NCBI GenBank assembly: GCA_028284775.1
Contig: JANQRB010000074.1
Coordinates: 3,256-67,255 of the forward strand
From: Candidatus Kapaibacterium sp.
GTDB lineage: Bacteria > Bacteroidota > Ignavibacteria > Kapaibacteriales > UBA7675
DNA length: 64,000 nucleotides
Reading direction: 5' to 3'
The notes under the pieces were generated by a model. That model worked only from the letters and a program-made list of their open reading frames with translations, was not told the origin of the DNA and did no database searches. Below are positions 1-11,143 of the stretch, piece after piece; position 1 is the first letter of the stretch; every line of letters starts with the position of its first letter. Position numbers and translations under genes: made by a program.

Positions 1-1
1 C

Positions 2-2377
2 TCACACCCGACCTTTGAACGCAGCGAGGCCGGCATTTACGATTATACGGTCTTTGTAACGGACCCCAGCGGATGCACCATACGCGGCAGTATCCGGCTG
101 ACGGTACCGGAATCGCCGCGTCTGAGCATACAACCCAGTCGGCTGGATTTCGGGAAGCTGGGCGAGTGCGGCAGTTTCAAAGAGGAGACGCTCATTATTC
201 GCAACAGCGGCAGGGAAGACCAGGAAATCAGTATCAGCGCCAGCGACGGCTTTTCGCTTATTTCACCGGCATCACCGTTTTCACTGCGGGCCGGACAGGA
301 GCAGGAAGTCCGTATCCAGTTCCAACCGACGCGTCAGGGGAAACTCAACGGCGAGCTCTTGCTGACCATCGGTCGCTGCGGCTTTCAGGAGCGTATCATT
401 CTGGAAGGCGAAAAAACCGAAGCTTTAGCGGCTCTCAGCACTGAAACAGTCGATTTTGGGACGAGTCTCGTTTGCGATGCCGCTTCGATTGCGCGTGGGT
501 TCTACCTTAAGAACATAGGACGTGAGACAATTACAGCCCGGCGGCCGATCATACTCGAGGGTCCTTTCGCAAATCTGACCGCCTTCCCGCGTGTCGTCAA
601 CCCCGGTGATTCGGTCGAGCTCTTGATGCAGTTTACGCCGTCCGCCGCCGGCAATTTTTCGACTGAAGTGCTTGTGCCTTTCCGGTCGCAGAATTGCGAC
701 GACACGCTACGCCTGGTGCTGCGTGGACGACGCCTGACGCCGGAGCTGCGCGCATCACTCGCCGCAATCAATTTCGAGCAATTGACCGGCTGCGAACAAC
801 AACGCAGCACCAGCATGACGATCAGCAATCCTTCCGATGTTGACATCAGCCTGGAAGGGCTCGGCCCCACGCCGCCTTTCCGTCTCCGTCCGGCGGCGCC
901 CTTGCTAATTGCCTCCGGCGCATCAGTCGAGGTCGAGATTGTATTTGAACCGGCCGGCGAAGGCAATTTCGACGACTTGCTGCAGCTGCGCTATGAGCCC
1001 TGCGGCCGCGACATCGCCATTGCGGTAAGGGGCAGCAAACAGGGCGTCAGCTTCAGTGCGCCCGATGTCCTGGATCTTGGTGAATTGGTATTCTGCAGTT
1101 CTGCAAGCAAGACCCTCAGCTTTACGCTGCGAAACACCGGCAGTGCCGATGCCGACGGCGTGATCAGCGACGTAGCGGTCAGCGGACTGTTCACGACGGA
1201 CGTCAGCATCGGAGATCAGCTTCCTTCCGATGGATCAGGCCGGACCTACAACGTCCGATTTGTCCCTGAGCCTGATAGCCCGACCGGCAATTTTGAAGGT
1301 AAGATCGAGCTGCTGTTCAGTCCCTGCGATGTACGCAAGGAAATCAGACTGCTTGCCCGCAAAACGGAGGCAGATCTGGGCCTGAGCCGGGAATCGGCAG
1401 TCCTGGAGTCCAGCGTGATGTCAGCCGGCCAGACGCGCCGGATCGTATTTTACAATACCGGCAGCAGCAAACTGGCTATCGAGGAGATCGACTTTGACAT
1501 TCCGGGTGACTTTACAATTGTCGGAATCGAAGCATCGGACATCAGCGACCTTTCGCCCGGCGACAGCGTCGTGGTGACCGTACGCTACGAGGGTAATGAT
1601 TTCGATACGAGCGCGACCCTGAGGGTTCGCAGCGTCCAACCCTGTATCGGAGTTCAGGCTACGACAATTGTACGCGGGGAAGGACGCGAGCCGGACATTA
1701 TCGGCAGAGTCACGGTCGTAGCGGGAGTAGTCCGTCCCAACACCGGCGAGCGCTTCAGCCTGCCCGTCTGGATCGAAGGAGCCGTCGACTTGATCGAAAG
1801 CGGCGCAACGGGATTCGAAGTGTTTCTCTCCTACAATAAGACCATTATGCTTCCGACAGATGCCGCCAGACTCGGCAGTATCGTCGGTGAGCGCCGTCAC
1901 GTGCAGATTCAAGGCAGTTTGCCGCTCGACGGCAGCACCCTGGGCCTGCTTGACTTTGAAGCCTTGCTCGGCAACGATTCCTGCACCGAGGTCACCATCG
2001 ATTCGGTCGCATGGCTGGGTGGACAGGTTGAGAGCGCCACGCGCAACGGCGAAGTATGTCTCGAAAATCTTTGCCGCGCCGGGAATCACACGCGGCTGTA
2101 CCAGGGCGGTGCGGGAATCGCGCTGCGAATTCCCTCCGAAGGCGGCCCCGTTCGATCGTCTCTCGAAGTCGACTATACGACAGCTGAAGATGGCGATCTG
2201 CAGCTGCAGATCGTCGATATGAACGGTAAGTCAATACACAAAGTCCTCTTCCGGAATCGGCGACGAGGCAATTACCGCGCCACGATAACATTGGCTGGAA
2301 TTCCATCAGGCGTCTATATGTTGGTACTGTCAAGCGAAACACAACGCGCCGACCGGATTCTACAGATTCTTGATTGA
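2..2377 (+). CDS. Large surface protein, 5'-truncated by window: repeated choice-of-anchor D/ASH-type Ig-like domains, cohesin-like domain, T9SS-like C-terminal domain
   Basis: Frame is open from position 2 (SHPTFERSEAGIYDY...). Repeats of 'LDFG..C.....ITIxN.G...F.P' and a C-terminal 'IPSGVYMLVL...RILQILD' tail. Confidence 0.8.
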   Translation, partial: SHPTFERSEAGIYDYTVFVTDPSGCTIRGSIRLTVPESPRLSIQPSRLDFGKLGECGSFKEETLIIRNSGREDQEISISASDGFSLISPASPFSLRAGQEQEVRIQFQPTRQGKLNGELLLTIGRCGFQERIILEGEKTEALAALSTETVDFGTSLVCDAASIARGFYLKNIGRETITARRPIILEGPFANLTAFPRVVNPGDSVELLMQFTPSAAGNFSTEVLVPFRSQNCDDTLRLVLRGRRLTPELRASLAAINFEQLTGCEQQRSTSMTISNPSDVDISLEGLGPTPPFRLRPAAPLLIASGASVEVEIVFEPAGEGNFDDLLQLRYEPCGRDIAIAVRGSKQGVSFSAPDVLDLGELVFCSSASKTLSFTLRNTGSADADGVISDVAVSGLFTTDVSIGDQLPSDGSGRTYNVRFVPEPDSPTGNFEGKIELLFSPCDVRKEIRLLARKTEADLGLSRESAVLESSVMSAGQTRRIVFYNTGSSKLAIEEIDFDIPGDFTIVGIEASDISDLSPGDSVVVTVRYEGNDFDTSATLRVRSVQPCIGVQATTIVRGEGREPDIIGRVTVVAGVVRPNTGERFSLPVWIEGAVDLIESGATGFEVFLSYNKTIMLPTDAARLGSIVGERRHVQIQGSLPLDGSTLGLLDFEALLGNDSCTEVTIDSVAWLGGQVESATRNGEVCLENLCRAGNHTRLYQGGAGIALRIPSEGGPVRSSLEVDYTTAEDGDLQLQIVDMNGKSIHKVLFRNRRRGNYRATITLAGIPSGVYMLVLSSETQRADRILQILD

Positions 2378-2463
2378 TTTTTGTGTTGAAAGTCAACATT
2401 CGATTACCAGGGATAATCATCTTGACAGCAATAGCTTAAGCCGATTATCTTCCTGCCTTTTCT

Positions 2464-3711
2464 TTACTTCCCACACAAATCGCGACAGCTGAATGAGCTG
2501 ACAATCGCTTCGGCAGTCCAGCGCTGGCGCTCGACAATCTTTAGTCCGGCAGTACTATCGAGGTCTAGTGACCTGCACAAGGTGGCAGCCAGCGCCCGAT
2601 AGTAGCGCGGTTCCGGATAGAACGGCACACCGAGTTCATTCAGCGCCCAGAGATCAATCGAGAGATACTCGACGCTGCCCTCGACCGGACGATGACGATG
2701 AGGCATGGCGGCGGCAGGGAGCGAGGGCGCCGCATCCGGGGCATAGAACAAAACAGCTTCGCTGTGAATCCCGGAATACAGATGCAATGATGGAATATCA
2801 TCCCAACCGCCGACAAGATTAAATACCGGCAGGCAGGTAACGATGATTAGTGCTGTGCCGATGCGCGCGGAGCTGCCGAGCGAGCGCAACATCCGCGCTA
2901 AGGAGCTGAAGGAAGGGCCGCTTTTCTCCCATGCCGCCATGAGCAACAGGATCACGATCTGCGCCAGGTTCCAGGGCCACACGACGGGATTCCAGCTATT
3001 TGCGATAAGGATAAACAGGAGACTGCAATGCATGGCAATCGCCAGGCCGATAGCCCAGCGCCGGACGCGCGTAATCAGCAAGCCCACGGCGATCATCAAT
3101 TCCACGAGCGGCGCCACGTAGGCCAAATCCGCGTGGCTTTCGGCAAAGCCGGATAAGTCAAAAGCACGCATCAGCCAGGGAAACACATCGTCAGGAAAAA
3201 AAGTGTTGAATTTGTGCAGCGCACTCCAAAAGTACAATGCACTGAACATCAACAGTAAACCAGCCCGTTGGGCCTGTGTTCGACCTGCAGCTGATGTCGG
3301 TATTACGATCGGCAAGGCCAGACAGTAAAAGTAGAACCAGGGTTGCAACCTGGTGATGTCCTCAAGTACAAACAACCCAGCTATCATAAAGAAAGCAACA
3401 AGTACGGCGCTGGGAACGCGGCGCCTTGTAGTCAGCAACAGCAATACGATCGCGCCGCCGAATAAAAGGCCGTCGAAAATGATGCCATAGTTGAGCGGCA
3501 GGCTGGCGAAGGCTGGAACGAGCGGCAGATCGCGCTGGATAGGCAGCCAGACCTTCCACGAAATCAAAAGCTGGACCAGGAGGCACAGAGCAATTAGGCC
3601 TCTGATGACAGTCAGATTTCGCTCTGGCAAGGCCGAGATTGAATCGGAATAAGAACGGAGTAGCGCAAAAGTTCTTAACACATGAATCCCGCAACAAATG
3701 CAGTTCAGCAC
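2464..3711 (-). CDS. Polytopic membrane protein (HTTM/DoxX-like)
   Basis: Many hydrophobic segments; motifs 'DITRLQPWFY', 'YFWSALHKFN', 'WNPVVWPWN'. True start probably downstream of 3711. Confidence 0.6.
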   Translation of the reverse strand: MLNCICCGIHVLRTFALLRSYSDSISALPERNLTVIRGLIALCLLVQLLISWKVWLPIQRDLPLVPAFASLPLNYGIIFDGLLFGGAIVLLLLTTRRRVPSAVLVAFFMIAGLFVLEDITRLQPWFYFYCLALPIVIPTSAAGRTQAQRAGLLLMFSALYFWSALHKFNTFFPDDVFPWLMRAFDLSGFAESHADLAYVAPLVELMIAVGLLITRVRRWAIGLAIAMHCSLLFILIANSWNPVVWPWNLAQIVILLLMAAWEKSGPSFSSLARMLRSLGSSARIGTALIIVTCLPVFNLVGGWDDIPSLHLYSGIHSEAVLFYAPDAAPSLPAAAMPHRHRPVEGSVEYLSIDLWALNELGVPFYPEPRYYRALAATLCRSLDLDSTAGLKIVERQRWTAEAIVSSFSCRDLCGK

Positions 3712-4344
3712 CTAAACTACAAGTTAGAGATTCCGAATCGATTGCCAAGCCCCGGATAAAAGGGCACTACGTATGGACTTAGACAGTTTTTTTGACTTTG
3801 GACCGAGAAGCTGTTGCGTTTAACGTGAATTGTAGTATTTTTGGTGCTCTTAGCTTGAAGACGTGGTGAATTGTTATATCGCTGATCTCCATGGATTCGA
3901 GCACAGCAATGGTGAGAGCTGGGGTGGGTTGCTTACCAGGGTACGATAGTAAACGCTAAACGAGCAAAAGCACTTGAATCGACTGCATAACGTGAAAGGA
4001 TTGGCTGAGTAATCAGGTCGCAGTACCAATTGGTTATACGCTTAATAATTACCCTCGTGTAGACACACCTCCAATTATTCTCATACGTAAATCACAGCAT
4101 TCGGGCGCAATAGCGGGATGTTGCCGTTCCGGCGACACACCGGGGATGTTTGTGCGCCCGGTACTACATAGCTCCATCGTCGTGCCGACGGCCCGGCACG
4201 AAATTTCACATTCAAATCGGTGCCCGAAGCCGCCTTCGATCAGCGGAATCAGGCATCGTATCTCCCTACTCACTGTCGGAGATATAATGGAGGCTCCCGA
4301 ACCTGCCCCTTGTTAATCTTCGACTCATTCGTGGACTGATCTTT

Positions 4345-6264
4345 ATGCGCTACACCTACCCAATTCAGACAGACGCCGCTACCACTGGCGGCCATCAGGT
4401 ACTCAATGAAAAGCTAAGGGCAATCGAGAACCAGATGCTCCACTCGCCCCCCGCGGCTCTGCGGGCGGCCAAATCGATGTTAGGCGAACACGAACTACGA
4501 AATGCCCCCTTGTATAAAGCCCGGCTCTTTCGCTTAATCGGCAGCTGTCAATTAAAACTGGACCGCTACGATGAAGCGCAGCGAAGTCTACAGCAATCCG
4601 AGCGCCTGCTATTGCGGGGTGGCGGCCTGCGATCCACTACTTGCAGTGAACGCTGTCGCTCGCAGCTTACGATGGCGGAAGTTTTTGCGAATCGCGGCCT
4701 GTATCAGGATGCCCTGCACTATTTCAGCAAAGCGGCACAATGCGCTCAACAATGCAAAGATCGTGTCCTTTTCACGAATGTGCAGCAAGGCAAAGCATCC
4801 GTACTTGCGACGCTGGGACGCTATGACGCGGCATTATTAGAGCTTGGCGAAGCCTACCAGGAGGCAGTCAGACTGGAGGCAGACAGTCTTGTCGAGGAGG
4901 CAGGCAATCTCGTCGGGGCGGTCCTGTGCAGTCAGGGCCGCGTCTATCTGCAGCAGGGCAGGCTTCACCAGGCACTGGCGGCTCTTAGCGAAGGCGCGCG
5001 GAAAGCCGGACGCGACACGAGTCTTGACGCCGATATTAAAGCCGAACTCGCGGTAGTCTACGAGCGCAGCGGGTCGCCGCTGCAATCCATCGCGCTCTTC
5101 GAGCAAGCCTTGCATCTCTACCAGCGAAGCGGCGATCGTTTGCGGGAAAGTCGGCTGCGACTCAAGCTGTCCGAGTCGTATTTGCGCCGAAAGGAGGCTG
5201 ATCTGGCCGAGCCTCACATCGAAAGCTGTCTCCGGCACTTTCGGGAAATCGGCGCCAAGACCTATGAGGCCGAGTCATTGAAACTAAGAAGCGCGGTTTA
5301 CAGCCAGGCGCGGCAGTGGAAGCAGGCGCTCGCACATGCTAAAGCCGCCCTGAATTTGTTTGAGCAAAGCGGCGACGAGCGCAATGCACTACGATGTAAT
5401 CTGCAAATTGCTGATACCTTCCGGCAGTCACGCGATCTCGATAGTGCTCGAAGTTGTCTCCAGGACGTGCTTACGCAATCAGTCGCAATTCATGACAACG
5501 AAGGCGAGTGTATGGCTCGCTTCGGCCTGGGGAGTATCTACCGCGAAGTGGGAAAGACCGACAATGCGCTCGCTTTGCTGAGCGAGGCTGAGGAGCTGGC
5601 GCGCAATTCGCAATTGAGGGACCTGCAGAGCGACATCCACTACGAACTCTATTTGACACATAATGCCCGATCTTCCGCCGATAGTTCGCAACAAGCCATC
5701 CTGCATTTAGAGGAGCACGCCAGTTTGCAGCGCAGTATGCTCAATTCCAACACCATTAAGGAGACCTATCGTCTCGAACAGGGACTTTCACAATACACGG
5801 CAGATACAAAACTGCGAACATTGCAGAATACTCTTGATCGAATCGAGAAAGAAAACTCAAGCCTGAGCAGCCGATTAGACGATCAACGAAAATCCCTAAG
5901 CGCCTTGGCAAAGTCGATTATTAACTACTGTCAGACAGCGCCGCCCGAGGTAGCGCGCGATTTGACCGAGTTACTATCGGAATTCGATTTATCGAAACTT
6001 GCTGAAGTGAAAGAAAAACAGCTGTCCGACGAAGTCAGGCAGCGCAATAGTGATTTTTTCGCGAGACTTTATGCCCGCTGCAGCAGGTTGACCGACACCG
6101 AATTACTCATTGCCGCCTTTGTGCGTGAAAAATTCACAACCAGGACGATCGCCACGGAATTCAATGTTTCGGAGCGAACAGTTGAAAAACACCGCGAACA
6201 CATTCGCAAAAAGTTGGAATTTCGCACCGGACAAACATTTGCAAATTTCTTCGCGACCCTTTGA
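4345..6264 (+). CDS. TPR-repeat protein with C-terminal LuxR-type HTH (transcriptional regulator)
   Basis: Multiple TPR-like repeats, coiled coil, C-terminal 'LTDTELLIAAFV...TIATEFNVSERTVEKHREHIRKKL'. Confidence 0.85.
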   Translation: MRYTYPIQTDAATTGGHQVLNEKLRAIENQMLHSPPAALRAAKSMLGEHELRNAPLYKARLFRLIGSCQLKLDRYDEAQRSLQQSERLLLRGGGLRSTTCSERCRSQLTMAEVFANRGLYQDALHYFSKAAQCAQQCKDRVLFTNVQQGKASVLATLGRYDAALLELGEAYQEAVRLEADSLVEEAGNLVGAVLCSQGRVYLQQGRLHQALAALSEGARKAGRDTSLDADIKAELAVVYERSGSPLQSIALFEQALHLYQRSGDRLRESRLRLKLSESYLRRKEADLAEPHIESCLRHFREIGAKTYEAESLKLRSAVYSQARQWKQALAHAKAALNLFEQSGDERNALRCNLQIADTFRQSRDLDSARSCLQDVLTQSVAIHDNEGECMARFGLGSIYREVGKTDNALALLSEAEELARNSQLRDLQSDIHYELYLTHNARSSADSSQQAILHLEEHASLQRSMLNSNTIKETYRLEQGLSQYTADTKLRTLQNTLDRIEKENSSLSSRLDDQRKSLSALAKSIINYCQTAPPEVARDLTELLSEFDLSKLAEVKEKQLSDEVRQRNSDFFARLYARCSRLTDTELLIAAFVREKFTTRTIATEFNVSERTVEKHREHIRKKLEFRTGQTFANFFATL

Positions 6265-6518
6265 GATGACCGACCGAGAAGACTCTAAACAATGTTAAAT
6301 AATTAAGCACATCGGTCGATTACCGGCAATTTGGAAAAAAGACACTAACACCATATTAACGCCTGATCCCTGCAAGCTCACAATAAAATGGGATTTGCAA
6401 GAAAAATCACGATCGACGCTGATTTAAACTTGCATGTTTCCATTTTTTGCTTTAATTACCGACGAGCAAAATCGTTGAACTACGTCGGTCATACAACGAT
6501 TTTGCGCAAGAGGAAAAT

Positions 6519-6533
6519 ACCGGTCGTATTGTC
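6519..6533 (+). promoter_or_regulatory. Candidate operator/-35 motif ACCGGTnnTATTGTC (copy 1)
   Basis: ACCGGTCGTATTGTC; 13/15 match to 42252-42266, which lies in the same context (after a TPR-LuxR gene, before a small secreted protein). Confidence 0.45.
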
Positions 6534-6795
6534 CGTTTGCGAAGGATCACATAGTAGATCAAAACAATTCTCTCAGTTGCAGTCAATGCTGGGGCGCAAT
6601 TAAAAGATTGTTGTGCTGGCTTACTGTAGCGCCCTGCCTATCCCTTTCCTTGAATCAAGGCCTCAGCATTGCTTTGACTTAAGATCAGCTTAACATTTTG
6701 TCTAATCAGTCAGTGGTTACATTTGGCGCCATTTGTTTCCCGTGATTGCATGCTATTGCTATGGAGTATTAAGAATTTTCCCTACAGGTGTAGTC

Positions 6796-7149
6796 ATGGA
6801 ATTGAAGCGAATTCTCGTTTTCGGGGCATTTTCAACCTTTTTGCTGCTTGGAATAACAACAGTGTTGTGGGCAGCCTGCTATCCGTTTACCGGCACAGAT
6901 GAGACCGAGAGCGCGACGGTGAGCGTCGTGCCAAACGGCGATTGCGATGATGCAAATCCGCAGTACATTGATCATGGCAACAATGGCAGAACGCAGGTTG
7001 TTAACCTTCCTTGCGACTGCGGCGACGCAGAAGGCATCCATATTAATGGCGGCTCGCTGTTGCCGGTTGGCTACTCGGGAACTGCAGGCGCGACCGGTGA
7101 GTTTTATGTGGTTGTGACAGCTAATGGCTATACGATAACGGACAATTAA
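6796..7149 (+). CDS. Small secreted Cys-containing beta-rich hypothetical protein
   Basis: ATG at 6796, signal peptide MELKRILVFGAFSTFLLLGITTVLWAA, 4 Cys, followed by a terminator. Confidence 0.7.
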   Translation: MELKRILVFGAFSTFLLLGITTVLWAACYPFTGTDETESATVSVVPNGDCDDANPQYIDHGNNGRTQVVNLPCDCGDAEGIHINGGSLLPVGYSGTAGATGEFYVVVTANGYTITDN

Positions 7150-7164
7150 ACTAAAGGTGCATCA

Positions 7165-7193
7165 GGCCGGGCAGGGGATGCCCGGCCGTTTTT
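7165..7193 (+). terminator. Rho-independent terminator
   Basis: GGCCGGGCA-ggga-TGCCCGGCC followed by GTTTTT. Confidence 0.75.
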
Positions 7194-7434
7194 CCTTCTA
7201 CATTATCTACGTCATTCCGACCTGAGTACGACACGCGACCAGTTAATATTTCGTTAACAAATTCATTAAACCTGAACAAACAAAGAAATGCAATCTGGCA
7301 ATTCCGGTGCCGATGGCATGCTTTATTGCAGCGAGCCGCTTTGTCAGATAGAGGCTTTGACGCCGCATCCGCAAAGACAAAATGCAATCGGCGGCTGCGA
7401 AGATACGACCCGGCATCCGACTGACACGAGAAAA

Positions 7435-9000
7435 CTATTGAGAATTTCCGAGACTGACGGTTACCGCGCGGGCCACGTTCAGACCATCAAGGGCCGCCGA
7501 GACAATGCCGCCGGCATAACCTGCGCCTTCGCCGCAGGGATAAAGATTCGTGATCTGCGTGTGAGCCATTGTTGTTTGGTCGCGCGGAATTCGTACCGGC
7601 GAACTGGTACGTGACTCCAGACCGACCAGATTAGCATCATTGGTGAAGTAACCGGGCATTTTGCTGCCGAAGTGTTGCAGTGCCGTTTGCAGACGTTTAA
7701 AGATTGCAGCGGGCAGCAATTCGTGCAAGGGTGCGGCATACAGTCCCGGGATGTAAGAACTTTGGCACAGTGAATCGGATAAAGTACCGTTAACAAAATC
7801 GACCATGCGCTGGGCGGCGGCGCGTTGGCTGCCGTCGCCCGCATTAAAGAAACTCTGTTCGATCTGCTGCTGAAACCGCATTCCCATCAAAGGGCCATGT
7901 GAATCAAATTCAGGATAGTCCGCCGGCTCCAATGCCACCACGATGCCGGAATTGGCAAAGGGTGAGTTGCGCCGAGACATTGACATTCCATTAACTACAA
8001 GTTCTCCGGGCGCTGTTGCCGCCGGCACGATTAAACCTCCAGGACACATGCAAAACGAAAAGACACCTCGATTGCCGACATGGCTAACCAGCTTGTAAGC
8101 GGCGGCAGGCAGATGCGGCCCGCGAGGATGCTGGTTGTATTGGATCCGGTCGATCAAAGCCTGTTCATGTTCGATGCGCAGTCCTATGGCAAATGGTTTT
8201 GCTTCGAGATGAAGATGATGGCGCTGCAGTAAGAGAAAGATATCGCGGGCCGAATGCCCGGTGGCGAGAATGACGGCCGGAGCGACGAACTCCTTGTTGC
8301 CGTTAACGACAACTCCGCGAATCTTGTTTTCTTTGATGATAAAGTCGTCTACCAGAGCATCAAAATGAACTTCACCGCCATAGTGTAAAATTGTAGCTCG
8401 CAATTGTTGAACTACCAGGGGCAGTTTATTCGATCCGATATGCGGGTGAGCATCAATAAGAATATCGGGCGATGCGCCGTGCTCGACGAGCAATTGCAAA
8501 ATCGTGTGAATGTTTCCGCGTTTGCGTGAATTGGTATAGAGTTTGCCATCGGAATAGGTGCCGGCGCCGCCTTCGCCAAAACAATAGTTCGAATTGGGAT
8601 TGACAATGCCCAATTGTTGAATTGCCCTTAAATCGCGGCGGCGCGAACGTACATCTTTACCACGATCGAGTACAATCGGCTTGATGCCGGCCATCAGCAG
8701 TTGCAAGGCGGCAAAGTAGCCTGCAGGGCCGGCGCCGACTATTATCACCCGCTCCTGATGACGCGCGGTTTTCAACTTCTCGCTGATGCGCTCGGTCGCC
8801 CGCGGTCGCTCGCCGACATAGGCCTCAGCGCTCAAAATTACCCGCGGACGACGCCCCCGCGCGTCGATCGATCGTTTCCGAACCACAAAGCACGTCAGGT
8901 CTTCAGCGGCGATATGGCAACGGCGAAGAAGCTGCGCCTTCACCAGCGACGGATCTGCTGCCTCGGCCGGCGCCAGACTGAGCGTGCACTGTTGAATCAT
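7435..9000 (-). CDS. FAD-dependent oxidoreductase (COG2509-like)
   Basis: GAGPAG dinucleotide fold, 'FGEGGAGTYSDGKL', 'FCMCPGG', 'YPCGEGAGYAGGIVSAA'; ATG at 9000. Confidence 0.85.
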   Translation of the reverse strand: MIQQCTLSLAPAEAADPSLVKAQLLRRCHIAAEDLTCFVVRKRSIDARGRRPRVILSAEAYVGERPRATERISEKLKTARHQERVIIVGAGPAGYFAALQLLMAGIKPIVLDRGKDVRSRRRDLRAIQQLGIVNPNSNYCFGEGGAGTYSDGKLYTNSRKRGNIHTILQLLVEHGASPDILIDAHPHIGSNKLPLVVQQLRATILHYGGEVHFDALVDDFIIKENKIRGVVVNGNKEFVAPAVILATGHSARDIFLLLQRHHLHLEAKPFAIGLRIEHEQALIDRIQYNQHPRGPHLPAAAYKLVSHVGNRGVFSFCMCPGGLIVPAATAPGELVVNGMSMSRRNSPFANSGIVVALEPADYPEFDSHGPLMGMRFQQQIEQSFFNAGDGSQRAAAQRMVDFVNGTLSDSLCQSSYIPGLYAAPLHELLPAAIFKRLQTALQHFGSKMPGYFTNDANLVGLESRTSSPVRIPRDQTTMAHTQITNLYPCGEGAGYAGGIVSAALDGLNVARAVTVSLGNSQ

Positions 9001-9142
9001 AATGTTCCCGATCTTTTTATGGCGGCCCGCGCTAGGGGAGTCTGCAGACAAAAGGGTGGCCGGAGCTTGAATCAGTGCCGCAGCCCGACAATCGCGGACG
9101 AACGGGGCAGACCGGCCGTTGATGCGGGAGCGCCTTCATTCC

Positions 9143-10774
9143 TTAGTTTTCGGGCTCAAGAAAAGGATAACGATATTCGGTAGGAGACACGAATGTTTCC
9201 TTGATGGTCCGCGGCGAAACCCAACGTAGGAGATTGAGCATCGAGCCGGCTTTGTCATTAGTGCCGGAAGCGCGGGCGCCGCCAAATGGCTGTTGCCCGA
9301 CGACTGCGGCGGTCGGCTTGTCGTTGATATAGAAGTTGCCGGCGCTATTGCGAAGCCGATGGGTGGCATGTTCCACGGCCGAGCGGTCACGAGCAAAAAT
9401 CGAACCGGTCAGAGCATAGGGCGATGTGCTGTCGACAAGGGCCAGCGTTTCATCAAACTGGTTTTCATCGTATACATATATCGTTAGCACCGGGCCGAAA
9501 ATCTCTTCGCACATTGTAAGATAGCCGGGATCGGTCGCGAGCACTACCGTCGGCTCCACAAAATACCCTTGCGATTTGTCATAGTTGCCGCCAAACAGAA
9601 TTTCCATTCCGTCGGCTTTCACCCGGTCGATATAACCGGCGATTTTATCAAATGCTCTTTCGTCAATCACGGCATTGACAAAATTGCCGAAATCCTCCAC
9701 GCTGCCCATGGCCAGACTCTCGAGGTCAGCCAGGAGATAGCTCCGGACATCATCCCAGAGATTCGATGGAATATAGGCCCGCGAGGCTGCCGAACACTTC
9801 TGCCCCTGATACTCGAAGGCACCCCGTGTTAGCGCGGTTGCGACAGCCTTGGCTTCGGCCGAATGATGCGCTACTACGAAATCCTTGCCGCCGGTTTCAC
9901 CCACGATGCGGGGGAAGGTCTTGTACTTGTGGATATTCTGACCGATTGTTTGCCAGAGAAGTTGAAAGGTAGCGAGTGATCCGGTAAAATGCAGGCCGGC
10001 CAAATCCGGGTGATTGAGACAAACCTCGCTCGTCACGGGGCCGTCGCTGAAAACCATGTTTATTACGCCATCGGGGAGGCCGGCTTCGTGGAGAATCTCC
10101 ATGTATAAAGAGCAGGCGTAGTTGGTTTGCGGCGAAGGCTTCCAGACAATTACGTTGCCCATCATTGCCGGAGCGATTGCCAAATTAGCGGCGATCGATG
10201 AGAAATTAAAAGGCGGAACTGCAAAGACGAATCCCTCCAAGGGACGATATTCAAGGCGATTCCACATTCCATCGGGCGAATAGGGCTGCCCGGCGTAAAT
10301 CTGGCTGGCGAATTCTACATTAAAGCGCAAAAAATCAATTAATTCGCAGGCGGCGTCGATCTCAGCCTGATAGACATTTTTCGACTGGCCGAGCATGGTC
10401 ACCGCATTAACACGCGCACGATATGGTCCCGCGATAAGGTCGGCGGCTTTGAGAAAGATAGCTGCCCGATGTTCCCAGGCCATAGCCTCCCATGACTCCT
10501 TAGCGGACAGCGCTGCTTCGATGGCCTGTCGAACATGATCGGCATCCCCTTCATGATATCGGGCCAGCACATGGTGATGCTCATGAGGAGGTCTCATCTC
10601 TTGCAGTCGGGCCGTTCTGACTTCTTTGCCGCCGATGATCATCGGTATGTCGGCCGTTTCCGCCTTCAGCTCCTTGATCGCAGACATAATGGCCCGGCGT
10701 TCCGGCGAAGCCGGGCGATATGGCAAAATGGCTTCATTTCTGGCAGGTGGTATTGCGATTGATCCTTTGCTCAT
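9143..10774 (-). CDS. pruA: L-glutamate gamma-semialdehyde (P5C) dehydrogenase
   Basis: ALDH motifs 'PFNF', 'FTGS', 'GETGGKDF', 'EYQGQKCSA', 'EEIFGP', 'QPFGGARASGTNDKAG'. Confidence 0.93.
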   Translation of the reverse strand: MSKGSIAIPPARNEAILPYRPASPERRAIMSAIKELKAETADIPMIIGGKEVRTARLQEMRPPHEHHHVLARYHEGDADHVRQAIEAALSAKESWEAMAWEHRAAIFLKAADLIAGPYRARVNAVTMLGQSKNVYQAEIDAACELIDFLRFNVEFASQIYAGQPYSPDGMWNRLEYRPLEGFVFAVPPFNFSSIAANLAIAPAMMGNVIVWKPSPQTNYACSLYMEILHEAGLPDGVINMVFSDGPVTSEVCLNHPDLAGLHFTGSLATFQLLWQTIGQNIHKYKTFPRIVGETGGKDFVVAHHSAEAKAVATALTRGAFEYQGQKCSAASRAYIPSNLWDDVRSYLLADLESLAMGSVEDFGNFVNAVIDERAFDKIAGYIDRVKADGMEILFGGNYDKSQGYFVEPTVVLATDPGYLTMCEEIFGPVLTIYVYDENQFDETLALVDSTSPYALTGSIFARDRSAVEHATHRLRNSAGNFYINDKPTAAVVGQQPFGGARASGTNDKAGSMLNLLRWVSPRTIKETFVSPTEYRYPFLEPEN

Positions 10775-10967
10775 AGTTTACTATCCCGGAATATCGATAA
10801 ATGCGGCCGCCATCTGGCTCCAGGCGACGCGCTGCTTGCGTATTATCAGGTGGTTGACTTGAATCGTTCAAAATTATTGCAGGCCAGGACATTTCAGATC
10901 CTGCGCAAGCGAATCACCAATTGCGCCTACGTTCAGCAGCAATAAACCTACGCTTGTACATTAATGT

Positions 10968-11143
10968 TCGACGCTTGGTAGCTCTTGCATTGCCGGTGGA
11001 TCTCGCCCTTTGTAGCTTGTCCACAGAAAGGCCGGAGAATAAGCAGCGGACCTGCGAAATCAGAAAAGGATTGAATCAGAAAACTGGAAGGGCGTCTTGA
11101 CAGGCGTTGGTAGAAACCCGGAATGCGATGCTTCCGGGTTTCT
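10968..11143 (+). ncRNA. Candidate structured small RNA ending in an intrinsic terminator
   Basis: 10968-10977 pairs with 11101-11110 (G-U pairs favour +). Then AGAAACCCGGAA/TTCCGGGTTTCT hairpin at 11112-11143. No ORF. Confidence 0.3.
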
